Source of the DNA: Cyanobacteriota bacterium
Lineage (GTDB): Bacteria; Cyanobacteriota; Cyanobacteriia; PCC-6307; Cyanobiaceae
Assembly: GCA_046052125.1 (NCBI GenBank)
Contig: JBJOMY010000002.1
Coordinates: forward strand, 416,001 to 480,000
Direction of reading: 5' to 3'
Length of the DNA: 64,000 nucleotides
Shown here piece after piece: positions 9,875-19,487 of the stretch. How positions within the stretch are numbered: the first letter of the stretch is position 1; each line of letters opens with the position of its first letter. The position numbers and the translations under genes are program-made. Below the pieces are notes generated by a model, which was not told the origin of the DNA, made no database searches, and saw only the letters and a program-made list of their open reading frames with translations.

Positions 9875-11019
9875 GCCGGGTGCTTGTCTACATCGACTCG
9901 CTCAAGGCCGGCGGGGCCGAGCGGGTGGCTCTGCAGTTTGCCCTTTGGCTGCAGGAGGCGGGTCACCAGCCGCTGTTGCTCACGCGGCGTCCTTCTCGGG
10001 ACGACTTTTATCCCGTGCCCGCTGCTTTGGAACGCTGGATTGAGCCATCAGAGCCCCGGTGGCTGCGGCACCTGGGCTGGGCCGGTTTTCCCCTGCGCCT
10101 GCTGCGCCTGCGCCGCCTAGTGCAGCAGGCAGAGCCTGATCTGCTGTTGGCACTCACCACACTCCCGGCGGTGAAGGTCTTGCTGGCAACACTCGGCCTG
10201 GGGCTGCCGGTGGTGGTGTCGGAGCGCAACTACCCCCCTGCCAAGCCACCGCCCCTGCCCTGGCGCTGCTTGCGCCGGCTCACCTATCCACGCGCCGCCT
10301 TGCATCTGGTGCAAACCGAGCAGATCGCCCGCTGGTTGGAGCAGCAGCGGCTGGCGCGTTGCACCAGCGTGCTCGCCAATGCCGTGAGCTGGCCACTGCC
10401 TGCTTTTGCCCCTGAGTTGTTGCCCGCTGCCTGGCTGGAGCGGGAGCAGCGGCTGCTGCTGGCGGTGGGCACCAAGGCCCACCAGAAGGGCTTTGATTGG
10501 TTGGTGCAGGCCTTCGCCGCTTTAGTTGAGCGGCATCCGGAGTGGCGGCTGGTGATTCTTGGCCTCACACCTGATGCTTACCGCGGTGAAGACCAGTGCG
10601 CAGCCTTGATGGCCGGGTTGCCGCCTCGGCATCCAGCCCGATCGCGGATCCTGTTCCCAGGCCGGGCCGGCAATGTGGCCGATTGGTATGGACGGGCGGA
10701 CTTGTTCGTACTCAGTTCCCGCTACGAGGGATTTCCCAACGTGTTGCTGGAGGCCATGGCCAGTGGCGTGGCCTGCCTGGCCATTGATTGCCCTACCGGG
10801 CCCTCCGACCTGATCGCCGATGGTGAAAATGGCCGCTTGGTGCCCCTCCATTCGAGCGATCAGGTGGGCGATCTAGCGGCTGGCCTCGATTGCCTGATGG
10901 GTGAGCCACAAATGAGGGCCCGTTTGGGCCAAGCCGCCAGGGCAGTACGGGAGCGTTTCAGTCCCAACCAGCAGCGCCAGCGCTTTTTGGAGTTGCTGGA
11001 TCCTTGGCTGAGCTCATGA
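9871..11019 (+). CDS. Glycosyltransferase family 4 (AmsD/PglJ-like)
   Basis: SLKAGGAERV, SERNYP, QKGFDWL and SSRYEGFPNVLLEAMASG. ATGA overlap with the upstream stop. Confidence 0.9.
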   Translation: MSRVLVYIDSLKAGGAERVALQFALWLQEAGHQPLLLTRRPSRDDFYPVPAALERWIEPSEPRWLRHLGWAGFPLRLLRLRRLVQQAEPDLLLALTTLPAVKVLLATLGLGLPVVVSERNYPPAKPPPLPWRCLRRLTYPRAALHLVQTEQIARWLEQQRLARCTSVLANAVSWPLPAFAPELLPAAWLEREQRLLLAVGTKAHQKGFDWLVQAFAALVERHPEWRLVILGLTPDAYRGEDQCAALMAGLPPRHPARSRILFPGRAGNVADWYGRADLFVLSSRYEGFPNVLLEAMASGVACLAIDCPTGPSDLIADGENGRLVPLHSSDQVGDLAAGLDCLMGEPQMRARLGQAARAVRERFSPNQQRQRFLELLDPWLSS

Positions 11020-12185
11020 GCACCGTCCAGCCTTCGGACCTACGCCTGCTGGTGTTCGCCCCGTCACGGCGTCGGGCTTCCGAAACCTTCATTCGCGCCA
11101 ACCTGCGCGGGTTGCCCTGCAGCACCACGGTGTATTGCGGCGATGAGTGGCCGTGGCGTGGCCCGCCGTTGCGGCTGGCCTACGGCCTGGCGGTGGGGTT
11201 GAGCAAGCTCCTCGATCGTTGCGGCTGGCAGCGGGCAGCCACCTGGATACCTAGCGTTGTGGCTACCTGGATCTGCCGCCACGAGCGCCCTTCGCTGGTG
11301 CTCGCAGAATTCGGTTTCCATGCGGTGCGGATCATGGAGCTGGTGCCGGCTACCGGTCTGCCGCTGGTGGTGCATTTCCGCGGCGCTGATGCCTCCTCGC
11401 AGCGTTATCTGGATCGCCTGGCCCACCGCTATCGGCGTCTGCTGGCTCTGGCATCGGCGGTGGTGGTGAAGTGCGAACCGATGGCGGCGCGCCTGCGGCA
11501 GCTGGAGCCCCCCCGGCCCTCGCCACTGCCGATGCTGGTGAGCCCCTCCGGAGCCAACGCTGAGCTGTTTGATGGCGGTGAGCCCGCCGCCGCACCGCCT
11601 TGCTTCCTAGCGGTGGGGCGATTTGTGGCCAAGAAAGGCCCGTTGATCACCCTGGAGGCATTCGCGATCGCTGCCCGCACCCGCCCCGAGCTGGAGCTGG
11701 TGATGGTGGGTGAGGGGCCGCTGCTCGAGCGTGCGCGGCGCCGGGCGATGGAGCTGGGCGTGGCCCGGAGTGTGCAGTTCGTCGGGGTTGAACCGCCGCC
11801 GCAGATCGCAGAACGTCTGCGCCACTGCCGCGGCTTTGTGCAGCACTCTCTTACCGGCCCGGATGGTGATCAGGAGGGCTCTCCGGTGGCCGTGATGGAG
11901 GCCCAGCTCAGTGGCGTACCGGTTGTGGCCACCCGCCATGCCGGGATCCCAGAGGTGGTGCTGGATGGCCACACCGGTCTGCTGGTAGACGAGGGCGACT
12001 GTGCGGCTATGGCGCTGGCGATCGGTCGATTGGCTGATGATCCGGCCCTGGCCGCTCGTTTGGGGGCTGCGGGCCGCGCCCGTGCCCTGGAGCAGTTCAC
12101 CGTGACCCACCATCTTCAAGCCCTGATGGATCTGTTCCAGCGTGTGGCAACCATGCCTAGGAGCAGCGATACCCTGCCTCGATGA
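11016..12185 (+). CDS. Glycosyltransferase family 4 (WcaL/AmsK-like)
   Basis: SETFI, HFRGADA, VGRFVAKKGP and DQEGSPVAVMEAQLSGVPVVATRHAGIPE. Confidence 0.9.
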   Translation: MSTVQPSDLRLLVFAPSRRRASETFIRANLRGLPCSTTVYCGDEWPWRGPPLRLAYGLAVGLSKLLDRCGWQRAATWIPSVVATWICRHERPSLVLAEFGFHAVRIMELVPATGLPLVVHFRGADASSQRYLDRLAHRYRRLLALASAVVVKCEPMAARLRQLEPPRPSPLPMLVSPSGANAELFDGGEPAAAPPCFLAVGRFVAKKGPLITLEAFAIAARTRPELELVMVGEGPLLERARRRAMELGVARSVQFVGVEPPPQIAERLRHCRGFVQHSLTGPDGDQEGSPVAVMEAQLSGVPVVATRHAGIPEVVLDGHTGLLVDEGDCAAMALAIGRLADDPALAARLGAAGRARALEQFTVTHHLQALMDLFQRVATMPRSSDTLPR

Positions 12186-14590
12186 GCTTCCTCGCCGGCC
12201 TCAACGACGCGCAGCGACAGGCAGTGGACCACCACCAGGGCCCCCTACTTGTGGTGGCCGGCGCCGGCAGTGGCAAAACGCGTGCCCTCACCCACCGCAT
12301 CGCTCATCTGATCGGTCAGCACGGTGTGGATCCGGCAGAGTTGCTCGCGGTGACGTTCACCAACAAGGCCGCCCGCGAGATGAAGGAGCGGCTGGAGCTG
12401 TTACTGGCCCAGAAACTCGCGCAGAGCCAATTCGGCCAGCCCTGGAGCACGTTGCCGCCGGTGGAGCAGCGCCAGCTGCGCTCGCGCATCTATCGCGAGG
12501 TGATCAAGGAGTTGTGGATCGGCACCTTTCACGCCCTGTTTGCGCGGCTGCTGCGCTTCGACATCGACAAGTTCCGCGATCCCGAGGGTCTGAGCTGGAC
12601 GCGGCAGTTCTCGATCTACGACGAGGGCGACACCCAGAGCCTTGTGAAGGAGATCGTGACCCAGGAGCTTGGGCTCGACCCCAAGCGCTTTGAGCCCAAG
12701 AAGGTGCGTTGGGCGATCAGCAGCGCCAAGAACCAGGGCTGGATGCCCGAGCAGTTGGAGGCGGATGCCGGCGGTCAGCGGGGCAAGCTGATGGCGGAGA
12801 CGTACCGGCGCTATCGGCGAGCGCTGGCCGCCAATAACGCGCTCGACTTCGACGATCTGTTGCTGTTACCAGTACAGCTGCTGCGCCAGAACGAGCAGGT
12901 CCGCCATTACTGGCACCGCCGCTTTCGTCATGTGCTGGTGGATGAATATCAGGACACCAACCGCACCCAATATGACCTGATCAAGCTGCTCGTCACCGAC
13001 GGGCGAGATCCCGATGTCTTCGACGATTGGGAGGGCCGTTCGGTGTTTGTGGTTGGCGATGCCGACCAGAGCATTTACAGCTTCCGTGCCGCCGACTTCA
13101 CGATCCTGATGGGCTTTCAGGACGACTTCGGGGATGGCGCGCCTGACGATGCCACCCGCACGATGGTCAAGCTGGAGGAGAACTATCGCTCCACCGCAAC
13201 GATCCTTGAGGCAGCCAATGCCCTGATTGCCAACAACACCGAGCGGATCGACAAAATCCTGCGCCCCACTCGCGGTGCGGGTGAGTTGATCACTGTCACC
13301 CGCTGTGATGACGAGATCTCCGAGGCGGAGGCGGTGGTGCACCGCATGCGCATGCTTGAGGCCGCCCATCCAGATCTGCGTTGGGGCGACATGGCAGTTC
13401 TCTACCGCACCAATGCCCAGAGCCGGGCGATGGAGGAATCGCTAGTGCGTTGGGGCATCCCCTACATCGTGGTGGGCGGGCTCCGCTTTTACGACCGACG
13501 CGAGATCAAGGATGTGCTCGCCTATCTCAAGCTGCTGGTGAATCCAGCCGACACGGTGAGCCTGCTGCGAGTGCTCAATGTGCCGAAACGCGGTATCGGT
13601 AAAACCACGATCGAGCGGCTCACCGATGCGGCCAATCAGCTGGGCATTCCGCTCTGGGAGGTGGTGCGCGACCCTGAAGCCGTGCGCAGCCTTGGCGGCC
13701 GATCCGCCAAGGGTCTGCTGCAGTTCTGCGAGTTGATCAACACACTCCAGGCGCGCTCGGAGCAGGCGGCGCCCTCGGAGCTGGTGCAGTTGGTGATGGA
13801 GCAGAGCGGCTATCTCACCGAGTTGATCGCCACTGGCACCGATGAGGCTGAAGATCGCCGCCGCAACCTCAACGAATTTGTGAATGCTGCTCTGCAATAC
13901 CAGGAGGAGAACGACGAGGGATCGCTGGAGGATTTCCTGGCCTCAGCCGCGCTCGCTAGCGATGCCGACAGCAAGGACACGGAGCAGGATCGGGTAACCC
14001 TGATGACCCTCCACGCCAGTAAGGGTCTTGAGTTTCCGCTGGTGTTTCTCGTGGGGATGGAGCAGGGGCTGTTCCCCAGCTATCGCTCGCTGGAGGATCC
14101 GGCGGCGCTGGAGGAAGAGCGCCGGCTGTGTTACGTGGGCATCACGCGTGCCAAGGAGCGGTTGTTTCTCTCCCACGCCAGCGAGCGGCGCCTGTGGGGT
14201 GGCATGCGTGAACCAGCCGTGCCATCGGTGTTCCTCTCGGAATTGCCGGAAGCGCTGGTGCAGGGTGATCTGCCCGGCAGCGGAGGTGCAGCAATCCGTC
14301 GTGAGCAGCGGCTCGATCGGCTCACGCGTGTTGATCGCGACGACAGCCGCCGCGTTCAGGAGGGGGGTGCCGCCGGTCAGCCAGCTAACGCGGTGCGCCG
14401 GCGCCTGGCAGGGCCCGCGGCCAGCAAGACCTGGGCCGTGGGTGATCGGCTGCTGCACAGCTCGTTCGGCGAAGGCCATGTGACTCACCTGTTCGGCAGC
14501 GGCGAGAAGATTTCGATCGCCGTGAAGTTTGAGGGGATGGGGCCCAAGATCCTTGATCCACGCTTGGCACCGATCGAGCCGTTGGCTTGA
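12182..14590 (+). CDS. uvrD: ATP-dependent DNA helicase UvrD/PcrA
   Basis: AGAGSGKT, TFTNKAAREM, VDEYQDTN, VGDADQSIYSFR, LEENYRST, TLHASKGLEF and EERRLCYVGITRA. Confidence 0.97.
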   Translation: MSFLAGLNDAQRQAVDHHQGPLLVVAGAGSGKTRALTHRIAHLIGQHGVDPAELLAVTFTNKAAREMKERLELLLAQKLAQSQFGQPWSTLPPVEQRQLRSRIYREVIKELWIGTFHALFARLLRFDIDKFRDPEGLSWTRQFSIYDEGDTQSLVKEIVTQELGLDPKRFEPKKVRWAISSAKNQGWMPEQLEADAGGQRGKLMAETYRRYRRALAANNALDFDDLLLLPVQLLRQNEQVRHYWHRRFRHVLVDEYQDTNRTQYDLIKLLVTDGRDPDVFDDWEGRSVFVVGDADQSIYSFRAADFTILMGFQDDFGDGAPDDATRTMVKLEENYRSTATILEAANALIANNTERIDKILRPTRGAGELITVTRCDDEISEAEAVVHRMRMLEAAHPDLRWGDMAVLYRTNAQSRAMEESLVRWGIPYIVVGGLRFYDRREIKDVLAYLKLLVNPADTVSLLRVLNVPKRGIGKTTIERLTDAANQLGIPLWEVVRDPEAVRSLGGRSAKGLLQFCELINTLQARSEQAAPSELVQLVMEQSGYLTELIATGTDEAEDRRRNLNEFVNAALQYQEENDEGSLEDFLASAALASDADSKDTEQDRVTLMTLHASKGLEFPLVFLVGMEQGLFPSYRSLEDPAALEEERRLCYVGITRAKERLFLSHASERRLWGGMREPAVPSVFLSELPEALVQGDLPGSGGAAIRREQRLDRLTRVDRDDSRRVQEGGAAGQPANAVRRRLAGPAASKTWAVGDRLLHSSFGEGHVTHLFGSGEKISIAVKFEGMGPKILDPRLAPIEPLA

Positions 14591-15475
14591 TTAACGCCGG
14601 CACCAACGATGGGCCGTTGGCCAGAGGTTGGCTAAGTCGGCCTCTGGGAGGCGTTGGGCGACAGCCGCATAGGTGCGCGCTTGCCAGCCCCCTAGGGCGT
14701 CGAGCACATCGTCCGGGATGGTTGTTGTTGTGCGGCTGCGATTCACCTGTTCATCCCAGTTGGGTTCGCGGTAGGGAATCCCCAAGGCGCGGCAGAGCGC
14801 GCCGTAGGTCTCTGGAGTGAACAGGGTTTCGTAAAAGCCGATGAAGCAGTGACCCAAGCCGAAAGCTTCATCCAGCTGAGCCAATGTTTGCGCGTAGTTA
14901 CCGCGTAGCTCGGCGCTGCTCGGGCGCTGGCTGGCCAGTTTGCGCAGTGCCGAAACTTCCGTTGTCGCATCACGCTGGCCCAATTTGCGGCATTTCATGC
15001 GTTGCTTGGAAATCAACCGTTCAATCGGATCGCGCATCAGAAACACGGGGCAAACCCGGATGCCGCGCCGATCAAACTGCTCGCGAATGCTGCGTAACGC
15101 GCTGGCGGGCAAGGCGGCATAGGAGGGGGTGATGTCACCCGTGAGCGCAATGCCGGGTCGTTGCAGGATGGTTTGAAAATAGTTGTAATAGCGGGCCGTA
15201 TCACCCATCAGCCAACGCCGTCTGAGGCTGCGTGGGCCGAAGGTCCAACGTCTGCCACGGCCGTAGTTGGCGAATGCATCCACGTGCAGAGCGTCGTGAA
15301 TGTGATACTCCTTCAGAAAACCAAAATGCGCATCATCCCGCCGGTTGAGTTGTTGATGCAGCCAGGATGTGCCGGCTTTCTGTGCACCAACGCCCAGTAG
15401 AAAGGTGCCGGCGTTTCTGCTGTTGGATCGGGGATCCAGGTTGCATGGATCCGAGAGATGGTCGGGTGCTGGCAT
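14591..15475 (-). CDS. Sulfotransferase family protein
   Basis: LGVGAQKAGTSWL (PAPS loop), KEYH, GDITPSY and LMRDPIERLIS. Confidence 0.85.
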   Translation of the reverse strand: MPAPDHLSDPCNLDPRSNSRNAGTFLLGVGAQKAGTSWLHQQLNRRDDAHFGFLKEYHIHDALHVDAFANYGRGRRWTFGPRSLRRRWLMGDTARYYNYFQTILQRPGIALTGDITPSYAALPASALRSIREQFDRRGIRVCPVFLMRDPIERLISKQRMKCRKLGQRDATTEVSALRKLASQRPSSAELRGNYAQTLAQLDEAFGLGHCFIGFYETLFTPETYGALCRALGIPYREPNWDEQVNRSRTTTTIPDDVLDALGGWQARTYAAVAQRLPEADLANLWPTAHRWCRR

Positions 15476-15520
15476 CGCTTCAGCCTACGGTTGAAGCATG
15501 GTTGGGGTTGTTCCCTGCTG

Positions 15521-16387
15521 ATGGGTCTGCCCAAGTTGCTGTTGATCCGTGGCCTCGGCCACAGCGGCACCACGATTTTGGATCTCGCTTTGGGAGCGCA
15601 TCCGCAGATCGTGGGTTTGGGAGAAGCCGCGCGCATCCTGGAGAAACCCAGGCCGGGTGAGGAGCAGCGGGGGCCTGCACGGTTGCGGGCGGAGCTGCAG
15701 CACCAGCGGATCTGCACGTGCGGGCTCACGGCGGATCGGTGCCCTGTGTGGGGCGAGCTGCTCACCTGGCTGCCCCAGCACGATCACCTGCCTTTGCCCA
15801 GCAAGTTCGAACGGCTGATCCAGGCAGTGCAAGCCCATGCCCAGCAACAGGCTGAGCCGGTGGAGTGGTTGGTGGATTCGTATCAGGACGACCTGGTGCT
15901 GCCGTTCGCCGCGCTGCCGGACCTGGATGTGCGGGTGCTGTTTCTGGTGCGCGATGTGCGCTCCTGGGTGCATTCCCGGACCCGCGATGGCCGCAACAAG
16001 GGCAAGGCCCTGCCGGCGACCCGTGCCTTCCTGCGCTGGGTTCGCCTGAATCAGCGCTTCGAGGCCAAGTTGAAGCTGTGCGGCAAGCCGCTGTTCCACC
16101 TCGGCTATGAGGAACTGGCGCTGGCCCCGGAGCGCGCCTTGAGCAGTGTGTGCAGCTGGCTGGGGCTGGAGTTCTCGGCATCGATGCTCACGCCGGGCCC
16201 CTGCTCCACCAGCCACATCCTGGCGGGCAATCGCGTGCGCTTCGATCCCACCCGAAGCCGCGCCATTTGCTACGACGCCTCCTGGATGCAAGGCTCTGGC
16301 TGGCCTGCCTCCATCGCGATGGGCTGGCCCGGCCTGGCAGCGCTCAACCGCCGCCTGGTCTATGCCAACGGCTGGCTCAGCAAGTGA
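15521..16387 (+). CDS. Sulfotransferase family protein
   Basis: GLGHSGTTILDLALGAHPQIVGLGE, CTCG..C PVW, LVRDVRSWVHS and YEELA. Confidence 0.82.
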   Translation: MGLPKLLLIRGLGHSGTTILDLALGAHPQIVGLGEAARILEKPRPGEEQRGPARLRAELQHQRICTCGLTADRCPVWGELLTWLPQHDHLPLPSKFERLIQAVQAHAQQQAEPVEWLVDSYQDDLVLPFAALPDLDVRVLFLVRDVRSWVHSRTRDGRNKGKALPATRAFLRWVRLNQRFEAKLKLCGKPLFHLGYEELALAPERALSSVCSWLGLEFSASMLTPGPCSTSHILAGNRVRFDPTRSRAICYDASWMQGSGWPASIAMGWPGLAALNRRLVYANGWLSK

Positions 16388-17463
16388 TGCAGGGCCTGAG
16401 GGTCGCGGTGGTGGGCGAAGCCCCAGTAGGGCTCGAGCAGCTGCCGTAGCTCTTTGCTCGTTTGCTCGGGTGCTGCGTCCCTGCGCTGCAACACCTGCTG
16501 CAGTGCATTGCTCAGCCGTTCGCGCTCCCGCCATTCCGTCGCCTCGCGAGCGGCCTGATTGGCGCTGAGCGCTGAGAGATTTTGTTCTGCTGGGTGATTA
16601 AGCCAGTGGATGGATTTGTCCAGGGCCACGGCGTAGCCCAGGTGGGTGCCGAATGCGTTGCTCGCCAGCCCATCGCTGAGCTCCAGCAGTGTGCGCAGGC
16701 TGTCGAGAAACCAGGGGTTGGAGCGGTGGCCGTTGCAGGCCACGATCCAGGAGGGGGGCAGGGGCAGCGCAGGCGGATCCTGCCAATGGCGCAGCCAGAT
16801 CACGCTGCGATAGCAGTGGCGCTGGCTCAGAGCCTCGACGGCTGCGATGCAGGCTTGGTCATCGCTGTTCCGTTGCACCCGGTCCCAGCTGTGGGCCAGT
16901 ACCACCAGCAGCGTTTTGCCCAGCTGCTGCCGGCGCTCCGCCAGCTCAGCGCCCTCCAGCAGCGGCCTGGCATAGAGGATCCAGGGCCCGATCGCTTGGG
17001 CTTCGCAGCCATAACGCTCCCGAAGCCAGCGGGCCCGCAGTGGCCCCATGCACAGGTAGCCGCCACGGGCCCAGCGGCGCGGTGTTTCGAACTGCGCCTC
17101 CTCAGACACCTTCAAGCCGTGCTCCAGCAGGAAGGGCAGCGGTCTGCCCACCAGGGGCAGCTGCCCATGGCGTTTGAGCTGGATGTCGTGGCCGTAATGG
17201 TGGGAGGAGCCTTCCCGTTCACGTTGGCTTGGGTTGAAAAAGGCCGGTAGGCCAGCGGCGCTCCTGAACTGGCCGCCGCTCCACACATCGGCCACCACCT
17301 CGGGGCGCAGCGGCGCCTGTCGCCAGGCCTGCTGCACCAGCCCGCGATAGGCCGCGAGCCCCTGCCACTCGCTGGGTTCGGCCCGCTCGCCCAGGATCTG
17401 TCGACGCCAGCTGCGTTGGTGCCAGCCCAGCTCCCGCCTCAGCCGGCGCCACCGCTCAAGCAT
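16360..17463 (-). CDS. Hypothetical protein, possible GT-B glycosyltransferase
   Basis: 367-aa ORF overlapping the kdsA stop. C-terminal [27 protein letters not shown] resembles a GT-B nucleotide-binding strand-helix. Confidence 0.65.
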   Translation of the reverse strand: MLERWRRLRRELGWHQRSWRRQILGERAEPSEWQGLAAYRGLVQQAWRQAPLRPEVVADVWSGGQFRSAAGLPAFFNPSQREREGSSHHYGHDIQLKRHGQLPLVGRPLPFLLEHGLKVSEEAQFETPRRWARGGYLCMGPLRARWLRERYGCEAQAIGPWILYARPLLEGAELAERRQQLGKTLLVVLAHSWDRVQRNSDDQACIAAVEALSQRHCYRSVIWLRHWQDPPALPLPPSWIVACNGHRSNPWFLDSLRTLLELSDGLASNAFGTHLGYAVALDKSIHWLNHPAEQNLSALSANQAAREATEWRERERLSNALQQVLQRRDAAPEQTSKELRQLLEPYWGFAHHRDPQALHHLLSQPLA

Positions 17464-18265
17464 GGCTGGGGGCGAGGTTGCTGCCCAGGGCGCTGCGGAT
17501 CTCTAGCAGCTGCCGCAGCAGCGGCTCCAGCCGGTGCAAGGGCACCATGTTGGGCCCGTCGCTCAGGGCCTGATCCGGATCGGGGTGCACCTCCATGAAC
17601 AGCCCGTCCACCCCCACGGCCACGGCGGCCCTGGCTAAGGGCGCCACGAACTCCCGCTGCCCGCCGGTGCTCGTGCCCTTGCCGCCGGGCTGTTGCACCG
17701 AATGGGTGGCATCAAAGATCACCGGGCAGCCCAATTCCTGCAGCTGAGGCAGCCCCCGGTAATCCACCACCAGCGTGTTGTAGCCGAAGCTGCTGCCCCG
17801 CTCGGTGAGCCACAGGTTCTCCACGCCGGCCTCCCTCAGCTTCTTCACCACCTGTGCCATGTCCCAAGGGGCGAGGAACTGACCCTTTTTCACGTTGATC
17901 ACCTTGTCGGTGCCGCGGGTGGCCGCGGCGGCGGCCAGCAACAGATCGGTCTGGCGGCAAAGAAACGCCGGGATTTGCAGCACGTCCACCACCTCGGCCA
18001 CCGGCGCGGCCTGCTGGCTTTCGTGAATGTCGGTGAGCACCGGCAGCCCCAGCTTCTGCTTCACCTCGGCCAGCACCGCCAGTCCCTCCTCCACGCCGGG
18101 GCCGCGGAAGGAGCCGCCCGAGCTGCGATTGGCCTTGTCGTAGCTCGCCTTGAACACGTAGTGAATGCCGAGACGGTCGGTGATCGCCTTCACCTCCTCC
18201 GCCACCTGCAGCGCCAGGTCGCGGCTCTCAATCACGCAGGGGCCGGCGATCAGGGTGAGGGGCAT
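17456..18265 (-). CDS. kdsA: Kdo-8-phosphate synthase
   Basis: [52 protein letters not shown] and LSDGPN. Confidence 0.97.
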   Translation of the reverse strand: MPLTLIAGPCVIESRDLALQVAEEVKAITDRLGIHYVFKASYDKANRSSGGSFRGPGVEEGLAVLAEVKQKLGLPVLTDIHESQQAAPVAEVVDVLQIPAFLCRQTDLLLAAAAATRGTDKVINVKKGQFLAPWDMAQVVKKLREAGVENLWLTERGSSFGYNTLVVDYRGLPQLQELGCPVIFDATHSVQQPGGKGTSTGGQREFVAPLARAAVAVGVDGLFMEVHPDPDQALSDGPNMVPLHRLEPLLRQLLEIRSALGSNLAPSHA

Positions 18266-18330
18266 GGGATGGGGCCTTACTGCGAGTCAATCCTGGTCCA
18301 TCAGACTGCCGGGAGCCGGAATGGGGTTGC

Positions 18331-18792
18331 GTGCAGTCATGCGGCGTTTGCCACCACCACAGCGACCCCGAGCAGCTGCGCTTGTATGAGATCGGCCGCG
18401 ACGCTCGCTGGCTGCTGCGTCATCACCCCGATCCCGCGCCTCTGCCCGGTTGGCTGTTGCTGGATTCCGTGCGCCATTTGGGCGGCCCAATGGAGTTCAC
18501 CGCTCAAGAAGCTGCGGAGTGGGGGCGGGTTGTGCAGCACGGTTCGCAGCTGGTGCAGCAGCTCAGCGGTTGTGAGCGCGTGTATGCCATCGCCTTTGGC
18601 GAGGGTGCGCGTCATCTGCATCTGCACCTGATTCCGCGCTTTGCCGCTGCCCCCGACACCGAGGCTTGGCGGGTGGCCGATCTCTATCGGGCCGTAGCCC
18701 AGGGCCAGGCCTCGGCCGCCGATCCCCTGGCTGTGGCGGCTCTGGTGGAGCGGGGGCGGGCGTTGTGGAGCCACTTACGCTCCCAGGCATGA
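18331..18792 (+). CDS. HIT-family nucleotide hydrolase
   Basis: N-terminal CxxC and the histidine triad HLHLHLIPR. Confidence 0.85.
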   Translation: MQSCGVCHHHSDPEQLRLYEIGRDARWLLRHHPDPAPLPGWLLLDSVRHLGGPMEFTAQEAAEWGRVVQHGSQLVQQLSGCERVYAIAFGEGARHLHLHLIPRFAAAPDTEAWRVADLYRAVAQGQASAADPLAVAALVERGRALWSHLRSQA

Positions 18793-19487
18793 CCCAGCCC
18801 ATCCCGATCTTCATCGGCTACGACCCGCGTGAACGGGCCGCGACCAATGTGCTGATCGACAGCCTCTATCAGCACAGCAGTGCTCCATTGGCGATCACAC
18901 CGTTGGTGACGCCCCAGCTGGAGGGCCAGGGGCTTTACCGCCGCGAACGGGATCCGAAGCAGAGCACAGCCTTCTCCTTCACCCGTTTTTTGGTGCCCCA
19001 TCTGATGGGCTACCAGGGCTGGGCCATCTTCATGGACTGCGACATGCTCGCCCGCGGTGATATCGCAGCGTTATGGGCACAGCGCGATGAGCAGTTCGCT
19101 GTGCAGTGCGTGCAGCACCAGCACAAGCCTGGCGAAACGGTGAAGTTCCTGGGCGAGGTGCAGAGCGCTTACCCCAAGAAAAACTGGAGTTCGCTGATGC
19201 TGTTGAACTGCAGCCGCTGCACGGCCCTCAGCGTGGATTACGTGAACAGCGCCACGGGCCTGGAGTTGCATCGCTTCCATTGGCTGTCTGGTGATCATGA
19301 GATCGGCTCCCTGCCGGAGGGTTGGAACCATCTGGTGGCGGTGCAGGATCCCGCCAAGGCCGATGGCGCGCCGCTGTTGCACTGGACCCTTGGGGGCCCC
19401 TGGTTCCGCGAGCAGCGCACCATGGGCGAGGGGCTGGCGGCCGAGTGGTTTGCCGCCCGCGATGACGCCTTCCGCCTGTGGGACTGA
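18789..19487 (+). CDS. GT8-like glycosyltransferase resembling the plant CDI family
   Basis: IFIGYDPRE, STAFSFTRFLVP, WAIFMDCDML (DxD), KNWSSLMLLNC, LHRFHWL, WNHLV and HWTLGGPWF. Confidence 0.82.
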   Translation: MTQPIPIFIGYDPRERAATNVLIDSLYQHSSAPLAITPLVTPQLEGQGLYRRERDPKQSTAFSFTRFLVPHLMGYQGWAIFMDCDMLARGDIAALWAQRDEQFAVQCVQHQHKPGETVKFLGEVQSAYPKKNWSSLMLLNCSRCTALSVDYVNSATGLELHRFHWLSGDHEIGSLPEGWNHLVAVQDPAKADGAPLLHWTLGGPWFREQRTMGEGLAAEWFAARDDAFRLWD

